This document shows positions 1-11,437 of a DNA stretch of 64,000 nt, piece after piece. The stretch covers positions 29,140,001-29,204,000 of the forward strand of contig JAQFVV010000002.1 in NCBI GenBank assembly GCA_028023455.1, given 5' to 3'. Below the pieces are notes generated by a model that worked only from the letters and a program-made list of their open reading frames with translations, was not told the origin of the DNA and ran no database searches. Source of the stretch: Epiperipatus broadwayi. Taxonomy: Eukaryota > Animalia > Onychophora. Position 1 is the stretch's first letter, and the number at the start of each line of letters is the position of its first letter. Position numbers and translations under genes: made by a program.

Positions 1-189
1 TTATGTTGAGTTTGTAAATCTGCCTTTCTCCCCCTCCCCCACATCATCTCAAAGTAAAGGTGTTCTTCTTCTTAGAACTTACTAAGAAAAACTAGTAAGA
101 GATTATGAGTGGTATTATTATTTAATCCTTTTTTATATAAATATACTTAAAAGATGAATATAAATACGAAAATTAATTCTATCTCACGA

Positions 190-235
190 TTTTAAACTAT
201 AGGAATTTAAACTATAGGTATTTTAAACTATAGGA
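190..235. repeat. Short tandem repeat, 3 x TTTAAACTATAGG
   Basis: Three copies at 191, 206 and 222, separated by 2-3 nt. Confidence 0.8.
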
Positions 236-457
236 AATTGTCCAGATTCTCTATATATGTGCGGCATGATGCTATATATGTAATCTTGATCGAGCCATAA
301 ATATCTTCCATTAAATTAATATAGTAGAGAGCAGACTAAAAATCATTTATTATTATGGGTTTTTAAGATGTTTACCTGCTTTATAAGTAAGTTAGATATA
401 ATAGCTAAATTTTAAAACTATGATTGATATTGTAGATGGGTTAAAGCATAGAGATAT

Positions 458-541
458 GCATTGAGTGGTAATACATATAGAGAATTTTGCCTGTTTTAAT
501 AACAGTTATAAGCAAGCATGGAAACTGGTGATCATGTGATG
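458..541 (+). mobile_element. 5'-truncated copy of the palindromic HHR mini-PLE family (distal arm plus tail only)
   Basis: gagaattttgcctgttttaataacagttataagcaagcatggaaactggtgatcatgtgatg matches the right arm end and tail at 11530-11594 and 45755-45816, and the reverse complement of 56016-56085. Confidence 0.75.
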
Positions 542-569
542 TTTATTGGCTTACATAAGATTTCACTAT

Positions 570-1625
570 TTTATTGTAGTTTGGGTGTAAATTAATTAAA
601 TATTATTTTATTAAATACCATAATTGCATTACTACAAATTTGTGGGCATCAGTGGTTATATTAAATTTATTTCATTACTTCATTAGCATGATTCACTTTA
701 TTTATATATGCAATGCACCCAGTCATTGCTATATTAGGTCTGTCTGCCTGATGAGTTATCTTCTTTAAAAATAAATTCTGAATATATATAACTTATCATT
801 GGGCTAGGTAAGCTCAGTGGATTGAAGCTCCAAGCCATAAAACCTAGTAGTACACACATACCCTCATTTTATGAATAGCCCTTAGCTAGGAGCAGGAGCA
901 CCCCTCTGGTCTGGGGCATCTACTTCTGCTTGTGAACCATGCCACCAAGATCACTAAGTCAATCCATCTTATCATTATGACCCGTGAATCCCCACACAAT
1001 AATGTAGTCCTGTGATGTTTCAAGATTTCTCCATTACGTTAACCTTTCACCTAAGCCTCTATAGGCAAAACCCTGTGTAATATCTTAATTTAGCTTATAC
1101 ACAGTAATGCTCTTGTATTATTAAGTTTAAATAATTAAAATATAGTTATTTCAAATCCATAATTGATTGATTGATATTAGGGTTAATACCTTATGGATTA
1201 AATGAGGCACACTACTGTGATGTCTATTTAGATCACCATCATCCTTGATTATATTTGTAGAAAAACAGTAGATTATCTTTTATTCTAATATACAAATATC
1301 TAAAACACCCTGTTCATGATTTTCTTTGGTAATTAATAAATGTTATTTCTTATTAATAATGTGTTGTCATCATCCTTTGTGGGTTGGAACCATATAAATA
1401 ATAAATATATAATTGGTCATTAGAAGTTAGTAATCAAAAGGTAGAGTCTACGTGAACCCTGAACTGAGCAGAGCTGTATGAAGAAGGAAAGCTGTGTGAA
1501 GTCAAGAGTATTAATTTTTCAGAAGACTAGGAAACCTAGGTAAGAGGTTTGAACTAGGATCACAGGGGTAGTGATACCCCTATGTATACTGTTTGGAAGT
1601 GCCTGCTTCTTCTTTCGGTCTTGTT
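570..1625. repeat. Old ~1.05-kb dispersed repeat, copy 1 (unclassified, possibly a solo LTR)
   Basis: Collinear blocks shared with 42390-43560, e.g. gaacc(a/g)tgcca..agatcactaag; gtagattatctt; ctgtatgaag..gctgtgtga..tcaag..gactaggaa.c.taggta.gaggttt.aactagga. Confidence 0.65.
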
Positions 1626-1689
1626 AGTAAATTAGACATGTTTGACTGTTACAGCATAGAATCTTCAAATCATTAAACAAAATACAGAA

Positions 1690-1990
1690 ATATTTACATT
1701 AGAAGTAATGAAAATTATTTGAAAAACCAATACATAAATGAAAGAGAATTACTGAGAATATTGAAAGAAAAGAGAATGAAATAGAATTGGGCTGAGTATA
1801 TTTCTCAAAGAGGTGGGCAGTTGAAATTTTAAATTGAATCCAAGAAATTGTATAATATCTGTAAATATATTATTTGAGATCAGTGGATGAAATAAAGAAG
1901 TTTACTGATGTGATGTGAAAAATGACTGCATTTACAGCAAATCAGAGACTATCCTGCAATAGTGTGATCATGCTTGAAAATGATGACAAA
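1690..1990 (+). mobile_element. RTE-type LINE 3' end fragment (decayed)
   Basis: Decayed K-W-N-W-A-G-H...W.PR...RW.DEIK.F...W reading plus the tgatcatgcttgaaaatgatgac tail; alignable to 35290-35612 and 40290-40565. Confidence 0.7.
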
Positions 1991-2379
1991 GTATATTTGT
2001 ATATTCACAAAGGTTATTATTACCGATTTTCATTTTCAATATGTTGGGACTGCTATGAAATACATTAATATATAAAAATGGATTTTCAATTGTATTAATG
2101 TACGGATCTCAAACTATGATAAATAGAAATTAACAAAATTGTATTGAATGAAAAAAACTCAAAGAAATAAATATCAAAATTGTATTCAAACTAATCAATT
2201 CAGATTTAGTATAATAAAATATTTTCTCATAAAATTTCAAACTTATACTCAGACTCAAACAAACCGCTTATAAAGAAAATAAATTATAATATTTTAAATT
2301 TTACTTTTCATAACTTCAAAAGCAATATCATAGGCACTTATCATTGGAAGCTAGAAAATTGCCACTAAACCATATGATC

Positions 2380-4433
2380 TAGTATTATTCTCTTTTTTTA
2401 TTGAAGTCAGCATCTTGCCTCTATGAATCTCAAAAAGTCAAGGAGTTCTTATTCATAACTATAGTATTTTTCGATTGACTTTATTCAAACCGTGTATTCT
2501 GCTTTCTGAACTTCAAGAGAGATGGCAGCACAGATTTATTATGTCAGCTGGGAAATCAGTAATATTGAAACACTTTCCCATATTTTTGCAAATTATTTAA
2601 AGGATAACTTTTTAACTACCATTCTAAAATATCTAATGTAGAATATTTTAGACAAATATTTAAAAACAGAAGCAAATTGCTTAGCAATCAAAAACTTATT
2701 TTCATGAAATTTTTTCTATCCTTACTTTGAATGAGAAGATAATCTTAAAAGTTATTGGGTGAAATGGTAGTGTATTTCTTATTCTTTAAATGCAAGGTCC
2801 CTTGGCGGTGTTGTTTTTGTTTTAAAAATACACAGTTATATTCTCTGACTTTTATTAAAATATTTTTCCAATTTGTCGCACTTTTATATTTGGACATTTT
2901 CTTTTCAAAAATGGCAAAATAGGTAATACAAATGAAGCCAAAAAAAAGTCTACATATTTTAAAACGAAAGTTGAAACAGTCAAAAATTTTGATCTTATTT
3001 TAATTTTTTAGGGAGAACTACTTTGTTGTCACTGATCAAACCAACCTTATGATTTCCAAAACTATGCGCAACCTCAGACATTTTATTTATCTCATAATTT
3101 ACGTGACTTTTCACGTGATTTCTGGTAAAAGGTGTTTGGCCATCACCTTTTGCAATTTTTTTCACCTTCCAAAATTGTAGGGAAGCCCAGTGATGGTTTT
3201 ACAATTATTACTATCAAATACTATGTCAGTTAACTGGAATGCATATTACAACAATTGTGGCCATTTGAATTCCCTACACCCTCACATCATACAATAGCGA
3301 TCTGTTAAGTGTGCATATTTGTATAGTGTCACAAAGCATATTAGTGGTCCGTAATTATGGTGTGTAACACCATATATGCCTGCAGTGTCTAATATGAATA
3401 GGACTGTTCCATAGGCCATAAATTTCTCTGCAAAAGCACAGAAATATTGGGCCATGTAAATGGCATATTTCTGGGTTTTTAGCAGAGAAACAATGTCACC
3501 ATGTAGCTGGCCTGGCTACCAATTAGTGCCAAACAAATTGCTTAATGTCAAATGACAATATAATTACTTACAATGGCAGGAGTGACTTCAAAAAACCAAC
3601 AAGAAATAGCTAAAGATAAATGGAAAGAAGGCTATTTTGTTGGCAAAATAAGCACTGTAATTATAACATTCTTTTCCATATCACACTGTGATAGTTAAGT
3701 AGATAAAAAATTCTGGATCTTTACAGCTAGAAATTATTTTCTTTTTCCAACAAAACAATAAAGTTTACATCGAACTTGAAAATAATGGATTGTGGTTTAT
3801 TTTAACTTTTCTGTAAAACATCAGAGAAAAAGTTGGTGAACTCAATCAGGGTTTACAGGCTGAGAAACTAACATCTATTATGAGGAAATATAAAACCAAA
3901 CATTGCATAATTTTTCAACCATAATAAATGTTCAACAAGCTGGTAATGATATTTTTGTTGAAAACTAGAATATCATTTAAAATTATTTAGCTGCTTTCTT
4001 CAAGAAATTTAAGAGCAGATCTCAGGATTTAAAAAATTTGTTGAAAATTTATGATACTTAGAAGCAACCATTATTATACAAATAGCTGCACTAGTATGCA
4101 ATTATGCAAAACTATTTCACAAATTCATCAAGCTTAGAAATGTTATGAATCTGGAGATTATTTTTAAAGACCAAAAAAAAAGAAGAATGTCTAAATTTGG
4201 TTATTAATGCCCGAAATTACAAGACTATACAAAACTGTGCAAAAACGTTGTTCACATTATTCGCATCAGCTTATCTTGGTAAATCATTAAATTTTAAAAT
4301 AAAATATGCAAAGAATATATATAGAAATCAGTTCACTGATTCTCACCTTAATGATATATTAAGAGTAGCATATAGCAATTATAATACTGATTTATCTAAA
4401 ATAGTCAATTGTTTGCCTCAGTATCAAAAATAA
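2380..4433 (+). pseudogene. Decayed hAT (Charlie/SPIN/GTF2IRD2-like) transposase, copy 1, interrupted by an insertion at ~3100-3600
   Basis: ORF 4197-4433 (YKTIQNCAKTLFTLFASAYLGKS...KNIYRNQFTDSHLNDILRVAYSNY..D...IV) resembles the hAT C-terminal dimerisation region of GTF2IRD2/EPM2AIP1-like proteins; an upstream EL.N..W...LN.LN..LQ-like remnant is at ~3770-3870; stops and frameshifts throughout. Confidence 0.8.
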
Positions 4434-4529
4434 AACTGATTTTTAAATAAACAATTGAATATATTTAGGCTTATTTTTTTACGTTACCCTATAATATTTT
4501 CATATATTGTAATATATTAAAAGAAACAA

Positions 4530-4832
4530 GACTGAAATCAAAGTATATGGATACGAGATCAAACAGATATCACTGAGATCATGGAAAGAATTAAAAAGCT
4601 GAAATGGAACTGGGGTGGAAAGAGGTTAATAGTTAGTTAGCTGAAGTGCTAAAGTGATTGCAAAAAATGATAAAAGGCCTATGTAAGGATTATTTGGAAA
4701 GTGGGTAGATGAAATAAGGAAGTAGGCTGATATGCTGTGGAGGAGAGAAGCTATGGTTCTGAGAAACTCAAGTAAATTTATAGAGTTCTTTACTCTGCGG
4801 TGAACTAATAATGATTGAAAATGATGATGATA
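4530..4832 (+). mobile_element. RTE-type LINE 3' end fragment
   Basis: ctgaaatggaactggggtgg...tgggtagatgaaataaggaag...ctgcggtgaactaataatgattgaaaatgatgatgat; matches 38400-38740 and 33730-34065. Confidence 0.7.
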
Positions 4833-5795
4833 ATATCTTTATCATAACTTCCAACAGATGGCGTTATCTATCCACAAAATTGTTATTGACGTTTGTACGT
4901 AGGTGAAAAGCAAACATATGATTTCAAAACATATGGGAATACTTTTCAATAGAATATTTCACATTGAGATATTTGTTATTTAGATTATATTTTTAAAATA
5001 AAATTATAGATTAAAAAAAACTTATTTTTAAATGGACAAAAATATCGTTGTGGGTTTTTTTTAAATAAATAAATTCTAGTACATAAATTTTGTTTAGGGA
5101 AAATATATTGTTAAGGTGTTTTTTTTTATTAAAAATGTTTTGTTATGAGAATATGCTGAAGGGATTTGGCTACATGTTTTTTGAGAATAATAGAATGTGA
5201 ACTACATTTCGAAACACTACTGTAAACCAAGACTAACGCAGTCTGCTAAATTCAGTTAAAGAGACTCTGGGGTTTAATTTAAAAAATAGAAAAGAAAACA
5301 AAGCTCACACAAAAAAAAATAACCAGAAAAAAAAGGAGGAAGTTATGTACACTTATAATGTCTCAATTAATATTAGAGTAGGATCACAAATAATTAAATG
5401 ATTGTATTAATAAACAATGTCTTATAATGGAGAGTTGATAGAGAAAATGTAATATTTATTATAATGATAGGATTAGGCCGTTTAGGACACAGATGCATAT
5501 ATATATATTGTAATCATTTATTTTGCAAAGAAAAAAAATATAGGTACAAATTAGTATCTAATTTTTTTTATTATTATAATAATTCTAAAAGGTTAGCTGG
5601 TATTATCTCTATTATCTTAATTAAGTAACTTAATTGCTATATTTTGTTTACTTAAAGCCATACAATTTTATTTTTAATTTATTTGAGAATATATTAATAC
5701 CAAGGTTGTTATATTTCCAATCACTGACTTTTAAAAGTTAAGCCTAACTTTCATAAATTTATCTATTGTTAATTTACTGTTATATACATATATAA

Positions 5796-8038
5796 TATAA
5801 TGGTCGGGGTTAAGGTAGAATCTCATTGTATCTCCCATACACGGTGCCATCAGGCTATTTGAATCTGGAAATTTTATATAGTAGGCAGATACACAAGTTA
5901 AAAATCCAACTTTTATTTTATTGACTGTTAGCCTGGGTCACTTGCTCATTCAGTAGCAGAGGTTTAAAACATATTTATTAAAATATATTTTTAGTGAAAA
6001 TTTTAAAAAAATAAACTAGATCACTGCCAATACTAATAACACACAAGATTTTATTCACATATATATAGGTGACAACACACTAACTTGAAAAGTAATTACT
6101 AAAAAAAATATGCTTTATGTTTCATTATTATTATTTATTTATTTTTTACTTTAATTTTTAATCTTAGAATATTGTGTATAGACAGGCCACTTAGACGACA
6201 CACTTAAAAGATTTCAAAACATTTGACTGCAGGCTAAAAATCCGCAGCCACACCAAAATGCTTGCTTCCCGATATATATTCGCAACCAATGCAATGTGAA
6301 AAAACAACGCTGACAGGAATGTGCATCTGACAGTGTAATATTATTTGAAGAACATGACCTTCATCCAGTACAGGAATGTATGTCTATATGGCAAAGGAAT
6401 CATGCATATAAAATAAAGAGAAAATGCTACATATGGATGGGAGAGTGGTCTATCTTGACGACTTATAGTCCCTATCCATAGAGCTGAAAGGGGTCAATGT
6501 CATGGGAAGTACTCCATGTCCATTTCAACGCCATGACTACCCTTTGGGGTCATGCATTCACTTGGGCACATTGCCCTGTATGCTAACACACTTCACATTA
6601 CATTGATATAAACATCCATATATATCTACACCAGCATTGACACAACTACAAAACAAATAGTCTGAAATCAAAACCCCTTTAAACTAACATATACTTAAAT
6701 GAGTCTAAGCAGCCATCTACACTCAACTTAAATTTAAATCAATTTAATAATTTACCTTATAAAAAAAAAATATTTAGGGTATTTAACTTATTTTAAAATC
6801 ACACATTGTATTCAACTTATTTTTACATCAAATAATATATTTGACCTATTTTTAGAATCTAATAATGCACCACAAAAAATGATACGTGTTTGATTTGATC
6901 TTAAAATTCATTTGCAATTGCAAACTCCTGCCCTATTACAAACAGACCTTATACTAAGCATAAATAAAAAAATTTATAGTACATATTTTAAAAAGATTAC
7001 ATTTAAACTTTAGATAAGACTTTTAAAATTGCCAAGTTTATAAAAAATAAAGTTCAGGTTTGATCAGGAAAGTCTATAGTTCATATTTAAAGGAAAATAA
7101 AGTTCGAAGATTTTAAATTAAAGAGAGTTTATATTTCATTTTTATCATTTATAATTTATACTTTCTCTGAGCTCATTCCTTAGTGAAGAATATCTAAGTT
7201 TACCCAAGGGCCATTTCTTGCAGATGATGATTTATGAAGATTTACGATGATTTCTGAAGATGGTATCAGTGCTTCAATTCTGGGATCCATGGTGATGAAA
7301 GCTGCCTTCGGCTGCCAGTCCAAGGGAAGCACGATTAAACAGATTACATTTTTGGTAACAGCGACAATAACTTTTTAACTTTTTTTTTTATTCAGCAACA
7401 ACAAACGAATTCAAAATTCTAATCTTCTAATTAATTATTTCTTTTGAATTTTCCCTTTTATAGTCCTGAAGCATCTTATATAGGAATGCGCGGATTCATC
7501 GGACATATTAAGTAGATTATCCCCTGTGGTCTGGGTATATATCTTAGGCGGGAAAAGCAAGTCATTTGTTTCTATTTCTCGACTCATCTATTTCGTAATA
7601 ATCTTTTTAATTATCATTTTGCCCAAAGGACCTGTTTGTAATTTTATTTTTAAGATTAAAAAGTTTTTTTATTATATTTATTTAAGATTAGAATCTTTGC
7701 TTCGATTCTAAAAAATTGTTAAACTTATTTTATTTCAATATTTAAATGAAACTTATTAATAAATTAATAATTCATTATTTGTGCATTTTGAATGTCTGTG
7801 CTTTTAATTCAGTATTAGATATTTACAAAAAAAAATATTTAAGAACTAAAATTTAAATGTAATGTATATATATGGAGCTTTACCAAGACCTCCAAACAAG
7901 CGTATTCTGTTTACATATGCTTGTTTGGAGGTCTTGGTAAAGCTCCATCTATTGATCATTAATACAAGTGATAGCAAGTTTTTATGTATATAAAACTTGT
8001 TTTTCTTTTTCATATATACATATATATATCCCGTTACA
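5796..8038. mobile_element. Unclassified ~2.1-kb non-coding element, subfamily A copy 1 (with a ~140-bp insertion near the right end)
   Basis: Collinear and highly similar to 17238-19368 along its whole length; ends TATAATGG...CCGTTACA followed by AT. Confidence 0.75.
7872..7948. repeat. Near-perfect 77-nt hairpin (30-bp perfect arms)
   Basis: atggagctttaccaagacctccaaacaagc ... gcttgtttggaggtcttggtaaagctccat. Confidence 0.9.
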
Positions 8039-8144
8039 ATAAAGAGTTCATTTTTTTTCTTTCTTTCTGTTACTATTCAAAGCTGGATAATTTTAATTTC
8101 AAATGTTTCAATTAACAAATAATTACATTAAAAAAAGATATATA

Positions 8145-9121
8145 CGCCAGAGTCTCATTTTATGTGGTAGATAGGTTCCACAGAAAACCCGCATTAAAAA
8201 AAATCACACAAAAATAGACTTAACTTACCTTGAAAAATGGAGGATAGGGTCTGTAATTTTCAGAATTCGCATAAAAGCAAAGCAACAAAGAAGAATTACT
8301 TTAAAATTCGGATTAAAAAAATAAGCAAATAAAGTATGACTAATGAAAAATTTCAAATATTTGAAAAAAATTAATACAAGACAAAGTTTTTTTACTTTTT
8401 TTTATTATCTACAATATTTAATTTTACATTTTTCATACATATTTTAATCATTACCGCTAGCATTCATTTGTAAACTGTAAAGAAATCAGATTTGATGTGA
8501 TGTATTGTAGCTTCTCCTTAAACGAAGTCAAGAATCTATCAGCAATTATGCCCAGAGAAACCTATTAGCCACTTCATTTTTATTCGTGATGTGATGTACA
8601 ACTAGCACCCTTTCAGTCTTATGCTGTGTTAATGGTTTTCTGTTTCTATATTAAAAAAATTAGATCGAAATCAAACAAAAATATTATACATTATCATTAG
8701 AAAGATTATTTTCAGTTTATAAAATCTTTTTATTTTATTTTAAAAATCTAAAAGATTATTTATTTCTGTTATATATAACAAAATTTACGTTTTAAAAGTT
8801 TAATTTTTTTTAATATTTATTGCGATATTTTTATATGTAAGTATAAATCTATTATTATTATTTACTCATTAGTATAAATAGGTTATTTACATAGAAGCTA
8901 AAATTCTAAATACAGATTCAGGCCATATTCACGTTAGCTGCTAATATAACGTTATATTTTTGAAAAAAAAAAAAGTATTTCAAGTGAAAATAAGTTATTA
9001 ATAATTTAAATTTCTTGATATCTAATAAATATAGTGAAATATGAAAAATATTAAGAAAAAACATGAATTGCATACCTTCAAAATCGCATTAAAATAATCC
9101 GCATAAAACGAGACCCAGGTG
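8145..9121. mobile_element. Tc1/mariner-pogo-like MITE with ~23-bp TIRs and TA TSD
   Basis: Left TA|cgccagagtctcattttatgtgg; reverse complement of right end TA|cacctgggtctcgttttatgcgg; no ORF inside. Confidence 0.7.
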
Positions 9122-11288
9122 TATATAATTTTACTATTAAAAAAAACACTTAAAACCAGTTTCTCTGTACTTATTTAAATTATATGTAAATCATTTTCAG
9201 TGCAACTGTTCTAGATTACTGTCAATTGTAATAACCTCCCTTCTGTTAAATGCCATAATTGGAATCACATTACTCTAAAAATGAGAATAAAAGGGGCAGT
9301 TTCAAAAACATAATGGCCACTTTTTCTTCATCATCATTATCAGTTGATCATATTATTATTTTTGCTTGCTGAATTCTACAACCCAGTTAATTAAGTTTTA
9401 ATTGTTTTGGAGAACAAGACAATATGTGCTGCTAAAAGAAAACTTCTCTGAACAAAAACAACCTTTTCTCATGTTGTGCTATTTTACTTTAATCTCTGTA
9501 AACCTCTATAAATGGAGAAAAAGAAATCACATTTCTATGGAGACAGGAGCTGAAACTTTGACGATGTAATTCAAGATATTATATGTCTTATTATCTTGCA
9601 AAATTTTTCAATTTTAATCAATCTGAAAGTATTTTATCTGAGACTAAACACTCATCATATTATTGCGCCATGAATTGTATTGATTTTATTGGATCAATCT
9701 GTAGCCAAAGTCTTTGTAGCTTATTATAATATATAATTCAGGGTTTATATTTATTATATCTTCCTTATCTTACTCAGTTTGATATCTGCATGCGGATATA
9801 TGCTTTAATTTATGATACAATATTATGGAATATAATTACATTTGGATATACGTATTGATCTATAACAAACTCGTTCTATTTATATGCCCGCTCTGATGTA
9901 CATATTTGAACCTGTTTAATATGATTCATTTATATTGTGCATTTATAATTCATCTGTCTCAATTATAGTCTACCTAAATAAAATATAGAAACCTTTTTGT
10001 TTGGATGCAACTTTAAGATATGTTTTCATTAGGAGATATATCCAATTTGTTCTTTAATCTAAGTGATTACATTGATCCTTGCCAAGTTATGACATGCCTC
10101 CTTCCATTATGAAGTCAACATGATTTTTTTACTAATGTTTCGAAGAAAAATCGACTTCCCGTTGTTTTATCTAGAATAAATTCACTATAGTGGAAAATCT
10201 CCAATTGCCCAGCGAGGATATTATATGTGATCATTTGGAATCATTCTTGAAATGTACTCTTAAATAAGAAACAAGATGAATGGTCAGGAAAGTAATCAAA
10301 CTTGAAATTATAGAAAAAGAAAAGAAGAAAATTGTTTAAAAGATTTTTATTTTTTATTATTTCTTTTGAAAAGTTAGCTTGCGACAATTTATTAATCTAA
10401 TTATTTTTTTCTTTATTTGGTATATTTAACAGATATAATCATGCACTTAAAGATGATGTATATAAATGATTGTATTCATGTTTACATTATTTTCAGGGAT
10501 CGCAGTGAGGAATTTATATATATTATAAATATCTGTAAGAGTAGAGTGACTGCTTTAATATATTATATATTTTGCCTTGATTGGTGGAATAATTTCTATT
10601 ATTATTATCATAACTTTAAATGAACTACTTCATAATGTTTCATGCATACGTTTGTATTGGTCCCTTGATTATGCTTTACTATATACATTATAAATATGAA
10701 TAGATGTGATTTAAGATACCTCAATGCCTTTCTTTTAATTATTGTTATTACTGCTTATAATCATGTTTTTGTTCTCGACTATGTTGGTGATTTCTCATTT
10801 TACTTAGATATTATTTGTTAAGCCTTTCCTTATGTTAGCGGTAGATGCTAATGAGACCCTTACATGCATGTAGTATCGAGCCAGTATTGGTCTGCCCACT
10901 TTAGTGTAAGTTTGTTTTCTCATCACTGCTGCCCATAAATATTAAGATACTCCGCTTTATGTTTTATAAAAGACGTTTGTGTGATTATATTTCTCCTTCT
11001 AATTATATATTGTTAAATAACTGGGTGTTGAAAAAATTATTGAATTTCTAGTTCTCTACTCCATTAGCTGTGTTTATCTAAAACTAATACAACATATCTC
11101 TTTATATCATATCGTTTAAATTATAAATTATATATTAAGAAATTGTTTACTAATTCCAACATAGATATATTTTATAAACAAAGCAAAACTCTCCATACAG
11201 TATTAGCACCCTGTGCCAACCAGAGTAATCAATGAATGCCAGAAGACTTGTGCATAAAATCCCTATCTAATGCCTACTCATCCAATAT

Positions 11289-11328
11289 CCCCAGACTAGT
11301 TTCTGACTTGTGACCATCATCAGTGAGG
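11289..11328 (-). ncRNA. Type I minimal hammerhead ribozyme (left arm)
   Basis: Minus strand CCUCA-CUGAUGA-UGGU cacaa GUCA-GAAA-CUAGUC|UGGGG: core CUGANGA/GAAA, 5-bp stem I, palindromic ACUAGU stem III, GUC cleavage triplet. Confidence 0.85.
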
Positions 11329-11397
11329 AGCTTTGGATCTGAGAGCACTGCACCTAGATCTTAGGGATCTGGGTGCAGTGCTCTCAGATCCAAAGCT

Positions 11398-11437
11398 TTT
11401 CACTGACGATGGCCACAAGCCAGAAACTAGTCTGGGG
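11398..11437 (+). ncRNA. Type I minimal hammerhead ribozyme (right arm)
   Basis: UUUCA-CUGACGA-UGGC cacaa GCCA-GAAA-CUAGUC|UGGGG; predicted cleavage after position 11432. Confidence 0.88.

Noticed and set aside
900-935. tRNA-Sec-like CTCTGGTCTGGGG
   Set aside because: Only a short word match, with no acceptor, anticodon or T arms.
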